A stretch of DNA of 64,000 bases from Bispira polyomma (lineage: Eukaryota): positions 89,652,001-89,716,000 of the forward strand of contig OZ287749.1 in NCBI GenBank assembly GCA_965649765.1, written 5' to 3'. Position 1 is the first letter of the stretch. Every line of letters starts with the position of its first letter. Positions 51,611 through 64,000 of the stretch are shown here, piece after piece. The translations under genes were made by a program, and so were the position numbers. Under the pieces are notes generated by a model that worked only from the letters and a program-made list of their open reading frames with translations, searched no databases and was not told the DNA's origin.

Positions 51611-54600
51611 GAGGGTTTTCAGCGACAACGGCTAAATTTGCGGCTAAATTAGGAGGCGCCGTGTTGGAGGGACTGCAGGCAAAATTAACACAAAATAAAC
51701 GTGTGAGCGACTTAAGGCCTTTAGAAATCTAGATTTATCATGAAGTTATATATGGCATTAAATTAATGATCATCTTAATAATATATATTTCACTATAAGG
51801 GATAACAGGCGATTTAGCTAAAATATTATATTATCGCCCATTAAAGCATCAACACTTACAGCTGCTTCTCGCGTTTGTGAATTCAATCCCGGTCAGAATT
51901 TTGCTCAAAAACGTAAGTGCACAAAACACATACCACATAATGTAGTTTATAAGATTGTTATGTATCAAATTGTTCGTCTTATTCTTCAGATTCAAATGAT
52001 GACAGAATTTTAAAAATCGGTCCAGGAATAAGAAAGCTATGGTGTTCAGAATGAAATGCCATATCATTTCAATTTAATTTACTGCCTCTGGTTATAATTG
52101 GTCAGTCAAATTTTTAATCACATTCATATTGGTGGCGCTGGCTTTGGCCTATGTACCCTTGTCCATCTCAAAATTCACATTGACCTAATTTGTATTGATC
52201 TGACTTTGTTAAGGCTTTAGTAACGTTAACATAAAAACACGACAGTGATAAAGTATGATGCTTTACGAATGCACATTTCTACTCTGTATACCAACTATGA
52301 TGGCTTTAAAAGTATACTTTAGGGACGTTTTTAGCTATTCTTATGTGTCCAGACAAATTAAAAGGTTAACACTTTGCCATAAAACCACAAAAACAACTAT
52401 ATAACGATCCTTGTATTGTGACGTCACACAATTTGAAATCTATAGTGGAACGTCATATTTGTAAACAATTCTCGCAGAGAGCCCCTTCTATTGTGACGCA
52501 ATACAAGTATTGATCCAACACAAATGCAGACATTATATACTCTAAACATCTTTAGAAAACATGTATATTATTTTGAATGAATTAGATTTTTAAATAGGTT
52601 TCCCTATTTTATATAAACAAAGAATAAAAAATATCGTTCTGTTCAGAAGAGTGTAACTTTAATGTTTTTCTGAAATTAGCAGTGTTTTTGTGCTTTATTT
52701 GAAAAACTAATTCATTCAAAATAATGCTGATGTTTTCCTTATTCTATTCATGTACAATACTTCAGTATTGATTCCTTTTTAGTATATGAATTGTGTCACG
52801 TTTGTGAAGCATGCACTTTGAAAATATTACCCATTTTAGTTACACTATGACACACTGCTATATGTATTGTATGTCTCAAGATATCAATGAAAATAATACT
52901 TAAAATATATGAATTAGTATATAATTAAAATATATGTCATTCTTTGTTATTTCTAATCATGAAAATGTAAGTATATTATCCATAAATCGGGTCTAAGGCC
53001 ACAAAGAAAAAGTTGTGTAGTTTCTGAGAAGCTCGAGCACACATAACGTTGTTATCGGCAATCGTTTTATGTGTTTACGTCACTAAACCCTTAATTACTG
53101 TGTCGATATCCAGATTTTTTTACCTTCACAACATTTCAACCCATTTTTTTCTGAGACTGTTCGACTTGTATTTTAAAGTTCGGCCTAAAATTCGTTGGCC
53201 GATAACTCAGACAATATTAAAAGTAAAACAAATTTGAAAATATAGTGAGGAAGTTTAGTTCATTGTGGTTATTGCTCTTTTTTTGCATCACAATCCATTG
53301 AGAAGTGGTTGAGATATTTAACTTTAAAGATGGATAGCCATTTTGATATGTGTTTATACGTTTTCCTGGTATGGATTACAAATGATAATGTATGTTGGTC
53401 AAAGGCGCCCAATTTGCATAAAATTCTTTCATCGTCGCCCATATAAACATGCTTCACTAAAGACCTTTTTTTATTAATAGATGTATATGCTGGTCAGTCA
53501 TTGCTTTAATAAGCAATATAAGTTAATGTTATGGAAACTGACGAAGACGTCGTCACTTTATTAATAGATGTATACTTCCACTTCCTTCCACTTCCTTCCT
53601 TACGACTTTGCAATTTCCACGGACTTAATGATTGGACTAATGATTCTGCTGTTGCGCTTTAGAAGATGCCTAGCATCAATAAAGCGCGTTAAAAATCCAT
53701 AATAATAATAATAATAATATGCTGGCCAGTCATTGCTCCATCAAACAATATTTAAATGAGCAGTTCACAGAAATTGACGAAAGCGGTTTTATTCTATTAA
53801 ATAGATATATATGTTTTTATAGAGTAGTGTTAATTGATGAAATTAACTGTATAAAAAAACTTATAAAAAAAATAATAGTAGGTTGAATCATCTTGAAAAA
53901 GAAAGAATCGAAACGTACTGAAGGTAGAAACTTCAGGTAATCACTGTGTCGACAGGAGTGACAGTTGCCTGAATCACTGTATAGTTGGCAGTGAATATTG
54001 AAAAGATAACTGTCGATAGATCACTGTATTATTAGCAGCGGTAAACATATAAATACTGTATCAAGAACAGTGTTAGCTTTAGCACTGTGTTGACAGCGGT
54101 AAAAATAATATTAATTGTATTAAATTATACCAATAGAACTTTATAGAAGTACAGAATTTGTTAAATCACTGTGTCTATAATATTGACAGTGGGTTTTCGT
54201 CATATTTCTTGGTTATTTGAAATTGTTGGAAATTTTGTATTATATATTAGAGTAACTGATAAATTGATATTGTTGAAATATAAAGTATTGAAGTAAATTG
54301 ATTGAAAACTAAATTTTACCAGTGAGCAAATTCCTGGCCATAGTATATAAATATATGAAAAAATTGATCATATGGGTTGAATTTTAGGGTGGATAATTAA
54401 TTAAATAGTGATGGCGTAACAATAACCATATACCTTTAAATCTTTATAAATCGTGTATGAATTTTTCTTAGAACCAGTTTAGTTTATAATTAGAACAAAT
54501 AATACCCGGTGTGTATTAACGTTTCCAGTGGTGGTCTGACTATTTTTTTTCTCATTCAGGGTTATTGAACATCAAACAACAATCTGACAAAGAAATCGAT

Positions 54601-55474
54601 TGGTGAGTATTTCTTAATTGATGGAAACGTGGGAATTCCTGAAGAAAAAGGCAGTTACGTCATGGTGATACTGAAGATGGGACAGTAAAGTCAATTTCCA
54701 GATGATTGACGAATGATTCATCAACACAGATGCCTGCGAATTTTATGCAATATTATGGAGTATTAAATAAATAGTATAACATTGAAAATTTGCAGTGAGA
54801 GATTTTTTAGCTTTTCTTCCGCACTGGCGGCCGCCGTGTGCTGCACTCGCAGATTATGGTTACATCGTTTGCAGTGCCGCCCTGGTGAGTAAACCGCTCC
54901 GGAACCCCATTACATTTATAATACCTTATGACACAAAAATCAGCAGTTATTTATCTAAATCGTGGCAAATAGATACTCGAAAATTTATGATTCACAGGAC
55001 CTGCAATTGTAGCGATTAAAATGTTTTATCTAACCTATATAACACTTTGAAACATGGACGACAATATAGTGTAATTTTACAAAAGTTTAATGGGAATATC
55101 GTCCTTTAACAATAAAGCTAATCTTTTCACAAAGAATCAATACTTTTGCATCGTATGTCAAAGTTTGAGGCCATTATATGGGATAATAACTGAGAATTTA
55201 CATATTTTGACAGCTCACTTATGCTGGTTTGTTTTCCTTTGTATATGGACGATAATATAAGATATGTTGCAACTTCATGACAAATAAACCTGTAAAATAC
55301 TAAACAAAATATGAAACTAAGGCAAATATACTGCTTCAAACTTTAGTTGGTTCTAAATAACCTAATGTTATTTATAACAGTAATTTTACCTTCTTGGTTA
55401 AAATTCCTTAAAAGACCGTGGAGTCCCTCCAAGATGGCGCTACTTCCGGCTAAGCTAACGTCGTGAAAACCCTC
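51611..55474. mobile_element. 3.9-kb non-autonomous TIR DNA transposon (GAG..CTC termini, TATA flanks; Sola2-like or ISL2EU/Harbinger-like)
   Basis: TATA|GAGGGTTTTCAGCGAC...GGCGCCGTGTTGGAGGGACT vs AGTCCCTCCAAGATGGCGCT...GTCGTGAAAACCCTC|TATA; no transposase ORF. Confidence 0.8.
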
Positions 55475-55480
55475 TATATA

Positions 55481-58400
55481 CACGGGATCACAGTTCCGAA
55501 ATCCGCACACGCAAAACCGCTAGTTCCGTTTCCGTTGGCGAGTAAACAAACCTTTCAAAGTTTAAAGAATGGCGGTGTTATGAGAATCAAATAACATAAA
55601 TTAATCCCTTATTAATCACAATAAAGTTGCATGTGTAGTAATATGTGCTGCAGTATATATTTTACGAATTCGTTAATTTAAATTTAGATGACATTGAGTT
55701 AAATAGCACATTTGCAAATAATTTCTCTAATTTCGCTCACCTAAATAAGCCGATTTATGGTATTCAGATCATCCATTTTTAAACATAAATATCTCCGTTG
55801 TTTCTGGACAGATTTTAATGGAACAAAAAACACAGTACTGGCAATATAGTAAGCCTTCTCCCCATATTTTTATTATTTTTTTATCTTTAGTAATGACTGA
55901 GTTTATAAATAATCGGTCTTTAGTGTTTTTTGTGTGTGCAAAACCCAGCAACTGCAATTATACTCTAGTACCTGGTAACTTAGCACAAATAAAAAGTTTG
56001 TATGACAGGACATTATTTGAGCTGCTGAATTTGTAATAAATGTAATAAAATATTTAATATAAAGATAAAATATTAATATTATTTACTATATAAATATTGA
56101 TATATCACCATCTTATTAAGATGATTTTAATAGCAAATTTAATACATAGAAAAATCTTATCTCAATATCTAGAATTAAGTCCCACAAAATTCATTGAAGG
56201 GTGATGACATTTATTTAAATAAAAATTCATGTAATACTTTTGTGGTTTATTGTTCATAGTTATATATCATCTAATGTGTCAGTAAGTTTTGTCGGCGAGT
56301 TGTTGTCTGTGAGTCGATTTGTCGGCAGCCTGCATGTATAATTCCAAAATCTCATATGCTGTTGAAAAAGGAATTATTGTAGTTTCCAATTGTTTTTATT
56401 GAAATAAAATCCAACGAGTATTAGTGAAGATTTTTATTGTACTGTACCATAGAAATTTTGATAAATCGCCATTTTAAAATGAATTTGAATAGATATGTTA
56501 GTTAATTACTTCCAATCTTCTCCTGTGGTCAGAAATAATACAATTATTAAACAGAAGAATTTCAGAACACTAATCAGAGCTGTAATAAATATAATATACA
56601 CATAAAATATAAATAATAAAGAACAGCCTAAATAAACTAACAATAAGAATAATAGTACACACCATTTGTGTATTTTAAAAGTGGTTCAGAACAGAGTCTT
56701 AACTCTCAAACATAAAATAGTCTTATTTTCATAGAGGAAATCAACAGGTAATAATAATTGAAAAATTTATATTATAAATAATAATAATAATAGGGTAGTT
56801 GGTCATAATTTTCTGCTCTACCGTACAAACCATCAGGCCTTTAGCAAGTCTACTGACAACTTTCCCATATACATGCCCGGCTCGAGATTTGAACTCACAA
56901 TCTACCACTAACACATACAGAGGACCAGATACAGACATAAACATAGGATGACAACTTAAAATGGTGGTCCTCTGTTATTGGGTCTTATCCCAGTGTCAAG
57001 TTAAAGAACCTGGGGAGTTGATCAATGGTCATCCTCAAGCATTTCTCATCAGGTAGGAGAATGGCAGTTACTGGTGCTGGTTGGCTGTCCTTGGGCAGTC
57101 AAGATAGATTTAATTAGTGCTTTGAATACCAGATAATTGTTGATACATAAATTCATCAGATGATTTAAGCAGCTTTTGACAATTAATATATTTCAGGCAC
57201 ATTATGCTGTTGACGTTTGATGAATGTTTGTTGTAAATAACTTGTAAAATGATGCTAAATAAATTCAAAATTAATTTTGGTAAACAAATTAAAAGTACCA
57301 ATTTTATTAATAAAATAAGACAAATACAGAAGTAGCTTAGAGTCTTCTAATATACCACCCTGGACACTCCAACTCCCTTATATGGAAACAGAGTGAAGAA
57401 TAATTGTCCAATATATTATTTAATTAAAGAAAGGTAGTTAGTCAAGGTTTTCTGCAGACCACCAGCCTTTAGCAAGTCTACTGCCAATTTAATACATGCC
57501 AGGTTTAAGATTTAAACTAAGAACCAGAGAGGTAGGAGGTAAGTTGCCATAGGATGACCATTTAAAATGATTATTAGCTTTATAGGTTGAAAATTTTAAA
57601 TTCTCGCAATTTCTGATTTAAATGGAAAATTATTGTTTAGTATGGGCTTAATGTCGCTTTCAACACATTTACAAATGGATATCAAAGAAAGGTATATATA
57701 TTTGGTCAAGGTTTTCTGTTCTTCAAACCATCAGCCTTCAGCACGTTTACTGCCAACTTTATTACATACATGCCAGGACCAAGATTCCAACCCACCACTA
57801 TTGGGGTGTGACGTTAGCATGTTACCACTGAGGTATTCTAGTGTGAAATACCAAATATATTTTGTTTTGACTGATACTTTAATCTTAATAAATTTTTATA
57901 TATGTAACTCTTGAAAGCTACTCCAAATACATATTTCATATCTGTCAACCATATCGAAATATGGTGTTTTCCAGATATTTGCCAAAATAACTCGCTTTCA
58001 TTTGCAAGTAAACAAACTAGCTAAATGGCGGCTCGATGTTACGGCAATTAATGTAAAAAATAAGTATTTCTCACTTATTATACGATATAAACATGTCAAA
58101 TTTTCACAAAGATACAAAATAATTTATTCTTTGTAAAAAATATAACTTTAATGATGAAAGACGATATTCCCATTCAACTTTTGTAACAAATAGTATATTT
58201 TTGCCCATGTTAATACAAGGTACACGAAAATTTGAAATAGTTATTCCTTTGCAAGTAAAGCTGCTGCAACTCTGACACTTATATGATGTTAAAGATGAAA
58301 TTTTATACTTTTTGTCTGTCTTTATTTGAAAAAAATCCATGCAATATTAAGGAAAATGTCGATGGTTGAAATATGTATTTTTTTGATTTTATATAATCCT

Positions 58401-61400
58401 AATATTTTCGGCCTACCTCATATTTTCGGCCCATGTTTTTGGTCTTAAATAAAGGTTAAATTATTGTCTGTAAACAAATAGATGCTTTCCTAATTTTGAA
58501 TTTATTCAAGTAAACCAGTATCAGTTTATTTTAAAACTTAATTTTATTAAATTGCCTAATAATTTATACGACTTGGCTTGTGCCAGGATATCATGGATCG
58601 ACTCAAAGAAAAAAAGGCCTTTGCAACAATAACAAAAAAATTTGTATTACAAGCAATTCAAACCATAAGTGTTGATTATTGGCTTAATAGGCCGAAAATA
58701 GGGTAAATCTTCATACAAGAAGCCACAGTCTACAGATTTGACATCTATATAAAGTGACGAAATTTTTAAGTAATATTAAAGTAAGATTAGTGTTTTATTG
58801 TGTAGTCGGTGTAATACAAATAATATATCTTATTGTTGCAAAGGCCTTTTTTTCTTTAAGTCGATCCACGATATCCTGGCACAAGCCACGTTGTATAAAT
58901 TATTATATAGTGTATTGGTCTAAGACAAAGAGAGAGTTACACATATAATTTTTTTACATAACTGAGATAATACTCCATAAATTTTTATTCACTAAAAACC
59001 AACATAGTTACTTCAAAATAAACATTGACTTATCAGAGTTCACCTTTAAAGGGGTTTCACTGCATTTATTTGCATATAGATTACAATATAAAATTGTCAT
59101 TAAAGGTCATTAAATTAATACAATAATGAATTGATTTCATTTGCAAGAATTTTCACCAGATAATTTATATTTAACAAATCTATGTCTTTAGACTACATTA
59201 ATTTCTTTCTATATTACCATCCAAAAAATTTAAAAACGCCATATTTTGATATGGTTGACAGTTATGAAATATGTCTTTGGAGTAGCTTAGAAGAGTCACA
59301 TATATAAAAAGTAATTAAGATTAAAATATCAGTCCAAACAAAATATATTTGATATTTTACACTAAAATACCTTAGTGGTAACATGCTAACCCGACACCCC
59401 AACAGTGGTGGGTTTGAATCTTTGTCCTGGCATGTATGTAATAAAGTTGCCAGTAAACTTGCTGAAGGCTGGTGGTTTGCGGAACAGAAAACCTTGACCA
59501 ACTATATATACCTTTCTTTTATTTATTTCAAATTCACCAATAAAGAGCCAGTCAAGTTACAAATGTGTTGAAAGCAAAATATTAAGCCCATACTAAACCA
59601 GAATTTTCCAATCAAGTTAAAAATTAAGAGAAAGTAAGCCACATTTTAAATTATAATATATTAACATCATTTTACAAATGATTTATGACAGTCATCGGAA
59701 TTCAAGAGCATGATGTTCCTGAAATATATTGTCAGAAGCTGCTTAAATCATCTGGTGAATGCTTGTATCTGGTCCTCTGCATTGCTAATTTTAGTTATTT
59801 TTTTCCAAGTACAGCCAACCAGCACCAGGTACTGTCTTTCTCCTACCTGTACAAGAATGCTTGAGAATGGCCATTTATCAACTCCCAAGTTTATTTAACC
59901 TGCGACTAGGATAGGACCCAATGACTGAAAACCAGCATTTTAAGTGGTCATCCTATATGGTAATATCTGCCTCCCACCTGTGCAGTTGTTGGTTCAAATC
60001 TTAAACCAGGCATGTATAAAGTTGGCAGTGGACTTGCTAAAGGCTGGTGGTCTGCAGAAAACATCGACTAACAACCTTCCTGTGATTTCCTTCACCAGTT
60101 AACTGCCAGTTTTTCAGGCCTAATATTGTATAATCACTTAATTAGTAGTAGGATGTTTAACTGATATGAAAAAATATATTAATTGGCCAATTATTTTTCA
60201 CTTTGTTTTTATATAAGGGCGTTAGAGTGTCCAGGGCATTAAATTTGAAGTTACTACTTCTATATTTGTCCAATTCTATTATTAATATTGTTTCCTAAGT
60301 TTTTTTTACCACAATTACATTTGTATTTATAAGCACCATTTAAAAGTTATTTATTCAAACAGTCTTCAGAAGTCAACAGCATGATGTGCCTAAAATGTAG
60401 TCAGAAGCTGGTTAAATTATCTGATAAAATGACAAAAATTAAGCTGATATCTAATATCCATAAGACTTCCTTCCTGGAATATGCTTGAAGTTGATTCACT
60501 ACCTGTTTGTTTTTTTACACTCATGTATCCACTAATATCATGTATTCAAAGCACTAATTATCCTTTATTGACTGTCCAAGAAGAGCCAATCAGCACTAGT
60601 AACTGTCATTCTCCTACCTAAAGAGAAATGATTGAGGATGATTATTGAACTTGATGACTATGGATCAATTCCCAAGGACAGACAACAAGCACCAGTAACT
60701 GCCATTCTTCTACCTGATGAGAAATGCTTGAGGATGACCATTGATCAACTCCCCAGGTTCTTTAACCTGCCACTGGGATAAGACCTAAAAACAGAGGACC
60801 ACAATTTTAAGTGGTCATCCCATGTATATGCCTGTATCTGGTCCTCTGTATGTGTTAGTGGTAGATTGTGGGTTCAAATTTTAAACCGGACATGTATATG
60901 GGAAAGTTGTCAGTAGCCTTGCTGAAGGGCTGATGGTTTGTACAGTAGAGCAGAAAATCATAATCAACTACCCTATTATTATTATTATTTATAATATAAA
61001 TTTTTCAATTACTATTACCTGTTGATTTCCTCTATGAAAATAAGACTATTTTATGTCTGAGAGTTAAGACTGTTCTGAAGTCGACTACTTTCAAAATACA
61101 CAAATGGTGTGTACTATTATTCTTATTGTTAGTTTAATTTAGGCTGTTCTTTATTATTTATATTTTATGTTTACATTATATTTATTACAGCTCTAATTAG
61201 TGTTCTGAAATGCTAATAGTTATAATTGTATTTTTTCTTACCACACACGAAAGTTGGAATTAATTAACTAACATATTTATTCAAATTCATTTTAAAACGG
61301 CGATTTATCAAAATTTCTATGGTACGATAAAATCTTCACTAATAATTCCTTTTTCTACAGCATTTCAAATTTTAGAATTACATGCAGGTTGCCAACAAAT

Positions 61401-62257
61401 TGACTCGCAGACAACAAGTCACCGACAAAACTTGCTGAAATATTTAATGATATATAATTATAATAAGATATATAACTATGAACAATAAACCACGAAACTA
61501 TAATATAAATTAATATTTTAATAAATGTCATCACCCTTTAATGAATTTTGTGGGACTTAACTCTAGATACTGAGATAAGTTTTTTTATGTATTAAATTAG
61601 CTATTAAAATCATCCTAAAAAGATGGTAATATATCAATATTTATATGGTAAATAATATTAATATTTTATCTTTAAATTAAATATTTCATTACATTTATTA
61701 CTTATTCAGCAGCCCAAATAATACCCTGACATACAAATTTTTTATTCTTGCTAAGTTACCAGTTACTAGAGTATAATTCCAGTTGCTCGGGTTTGCACAC
61801 CAAAAAAACACACCAAAAACCGATTATTTATTTACTCAGTAATCACTTAAGATAAAAAATAAATGAAACTATGGCGAGAAAGCTTATTTTATTGTGATTA
61901 CTGTGCTTTTTGTTTCATTAAAATCTGTTAAGAAACAACGGAGATATTCAAGTTTAAAAATGGATGATCTGAATACCATAAATCGGCTTATTTAGGTGGG
62001 CGAAATTAGAGAAGAGATTTGCAAATGTACTATTTCACACAGTGTCATCTTATTTTAAATAAAGGAATTCGTAAAATATATACTGCAGCACAATTTAGTA
62101 CTATACATGCAACTTCATTGTGATTAATAAAGGAATAATTTAAGTTATTTCATTATCGTAACACCGCTATTCTTTGAAGTTTGAAAGGTTTGTTTACTCG
62201 CCAACGGAAACAGAACTACGGTCGTGCACATGCGCTCTTCGGAACTGTGATCTCGTG
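55481..62257. mobile_element. ~6.8-kb imperfect palindrome / foldback element, CAC..GTG termini, TA flanks
   Basis: TA|CACGGGATCACAGTTCCGAA / TTCGGAACTGTGATCTCGTG|TA; arms align in reverse complement 55481-57100 vs 60670-62257, 57150-57560 vs 59940-60430, 57590-57970 vs 59230-59650, 58560-58630 vs 58830-58905. Confidence 0.9.
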
Positions 62258-62298
62258 TATTCATAAGCCAATTTTAGTAATGCACTTTGCACTTTGTA

Positions 62299-63315
62299 CA
62301 GGGAGGTAAAAATCGCCTAAAATCACCCAAAATCACCTAAATCTTGGGAGGTGGCTCTAAAATCGCCTAAATTCACAGAGGTAGCTTGAAAATAGCCTAA
62401 ATCTTGGGAGGTAGCTTGAAAATCGCCTAAATCTTGGGAGGTAGCTTGAAAATCGCCTAAATCTTGGGAGGTAGCTTGAAAATCGCCTGAATCTTGGGAG
62501 GTAGCTCAAAAATCGCCCAAATCTTGGGAGGTAATATATAGGGAATTAATTTCATAATTAATAATTAATTTCATAATTAATAATTAATTTCATAATTAAT
62601 AATTAATCTCATAATTAATCTCATAATTAATTTTCTAATTGACTTTCATAAGGAATTAATTTTGTATGAATGTATTATTATATGCTTTCCACTAAATCAC
62701 TATTGTATTGGGTGTATTGTTTTATTTATTCTTCATCCCATTTGTGGATTATAATATACAGTCCAGGATTTAATTTTGTATTTATGTATTCTTATATGTA
62801 GTGTTATATTTATATTTATTCTTCATTCGATTTGGGAATTATATAATATACAGTATAGGAATTATTACGGTATTTTCACATTTATTCTCCATATTTATTT
62901 AGTCTATATATATATTGTCTATATTGTCATATCAAAGAAGCTATGCAAGATTTAGTTATCCAATTAGTTGATTAGAAGTGCTGATGCAGGGTATACTTGT
63001 ATAATTGGATACCACCATAAAGTGAAAAGGTGATTGCAATTATTTCTGTGTCATGGGATTCTATAAAATTAATCCTCATCAAAGAAGTTATGCAATATTT
63101 AATTATCCTTTCATGTTAAAGATCATAGTCCTGACAAACATACACAAACATAAAAGAATTTAAATATGCCTTTCATGTTAAAAAACATTTTATACATCTA
63201 CCTCCGTGGATTCAGGCGATTTTAGGCGATTTTACCTCCGTACGGAGCTACCTTCCAAGATCTAGGCGATTTTAGGCGATTTTACCTCCGTGACGGAGCT
63301 CCGTACGGAGCTCCG
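62299..63315. mobile_element. ~1-kb TIR element with tandem subterminal repeats
   Basis: CAGGGAGGTAAAAATCGCCTAAAATC and 30-bp AAAATCGCCTAAATCTTGGGAGGTAGCTTG array (62299-62535), mirrored by GGCGATTTTAGGCGATTTTACCTCCGTG (63200-63292). Confidence 0.75.
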
Positions 63316-64000
63316 AGTTTTAGAAACCACCGTTCTTGGGTCCCCCGGCCATGTAGTTTGTGCTACGTTTAGTATCAACCATATTTCACCACAAAGCGAA
63401 ATGTAAATATATGTAATGTTTATTTATAACAGAATGAGCAAGTGCTGTGACCCCTCATTGCACAATATCAATAAACATAAGTGCTTTTGAAATTTGTTAA
63501 GGTCTTAGTAGTTGTTATTCTTTAGAAGTGCAGATATCATTGCCAGGGTGTGAGTGATAATAGAGGATATTTTGTGATTTTTCAGTTGCATTCTCGTGTC
63601 CGGCAAATCCGGGGAGTTCACATACGGGCCATTTGTAAGTGAAAACATTGGCGTCCGCGAAATATTGAAGAAAAGCTAGAAAGTCTCTCACTTCAAATTT
63701 TCAATGTGCTACTATTTTTTTATTACTCCATAATATTATTTCAAACTTTGCAGATAAGGTAGAAAATATGTTACTTCAACTAAAATTACGAATTTTATGG
63801 ATAAATTACAACTTTTCCATTGAACATTTTACAAAATATTGTATTTTCGCCCATATAACACCACCGCTGATAAACAATTTTTAATCACAGTTGTTTGGTA
63901 TAAAAGTAATATTTTCCTGTACAAAACCTAGCATTAAATTTCAAATATACAAGGAAGCTAGATATATTCATTATTTCCAAAGAGTCATTGCTGAATATAT

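Noticed and set aside
57633-59501. Two similar small ORFs on opposite strands as a duplicated gene pair
   Set aside because: They are mirrored SINE-derived sequence in the palindrome arms, with no protein features.
55481-62257. Assembly artefact (chimeric fold-back read)
   Set aside because: Arms differ by many substitutions and indels and have defined termini; an artefact would be near-identical. Long reads are still advisable.

Overview
AT-rich, repeat-dense eukaryotic (invertebrate-looking) genomic DNA; no prokaryotic operons, rRNA or CRISPR. One multi-exon gene could be rebuilt by hand on the minus strand (12 coding exons, 42043->20974, all GT-AG introns, phases consistent, 4182 nt = 1393 aa). 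It is a CILP (cartilage intermediate layer protein)-family protein with an atypical architecture: Tyr-rich N-terminal tail, type II transmembrane anchor, Thr/Pro mucin stalk, 2x TSP1, Cys-rich/carboxypeptidase-regulatory-like domain, Ig, CILP core with furin site (RKKR), and a degenerate C-terminal VWA-like domain with an EGSGSGD motif. Several of its splice sites are tandemly amplified (about 14 decoy donors after exon 4, four acceptors before exon 1). The rest is mobile DNA: L2/CR1 and Tx1 LINE relics, tRNA-derived SINEs, a Helentron-type HINE, nested TIR elements, an Academ-like MITE, a 3.1-kb TG..CA element with a 4-bp TSD inserted in the splice-donor minisatellite, a 3.9-kb TIR element, and next to it a ~6.8-kb imperfect palindrome (55481-62257). 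All calls are by eye; repeat boundaries are approximate unless TSDs are given.
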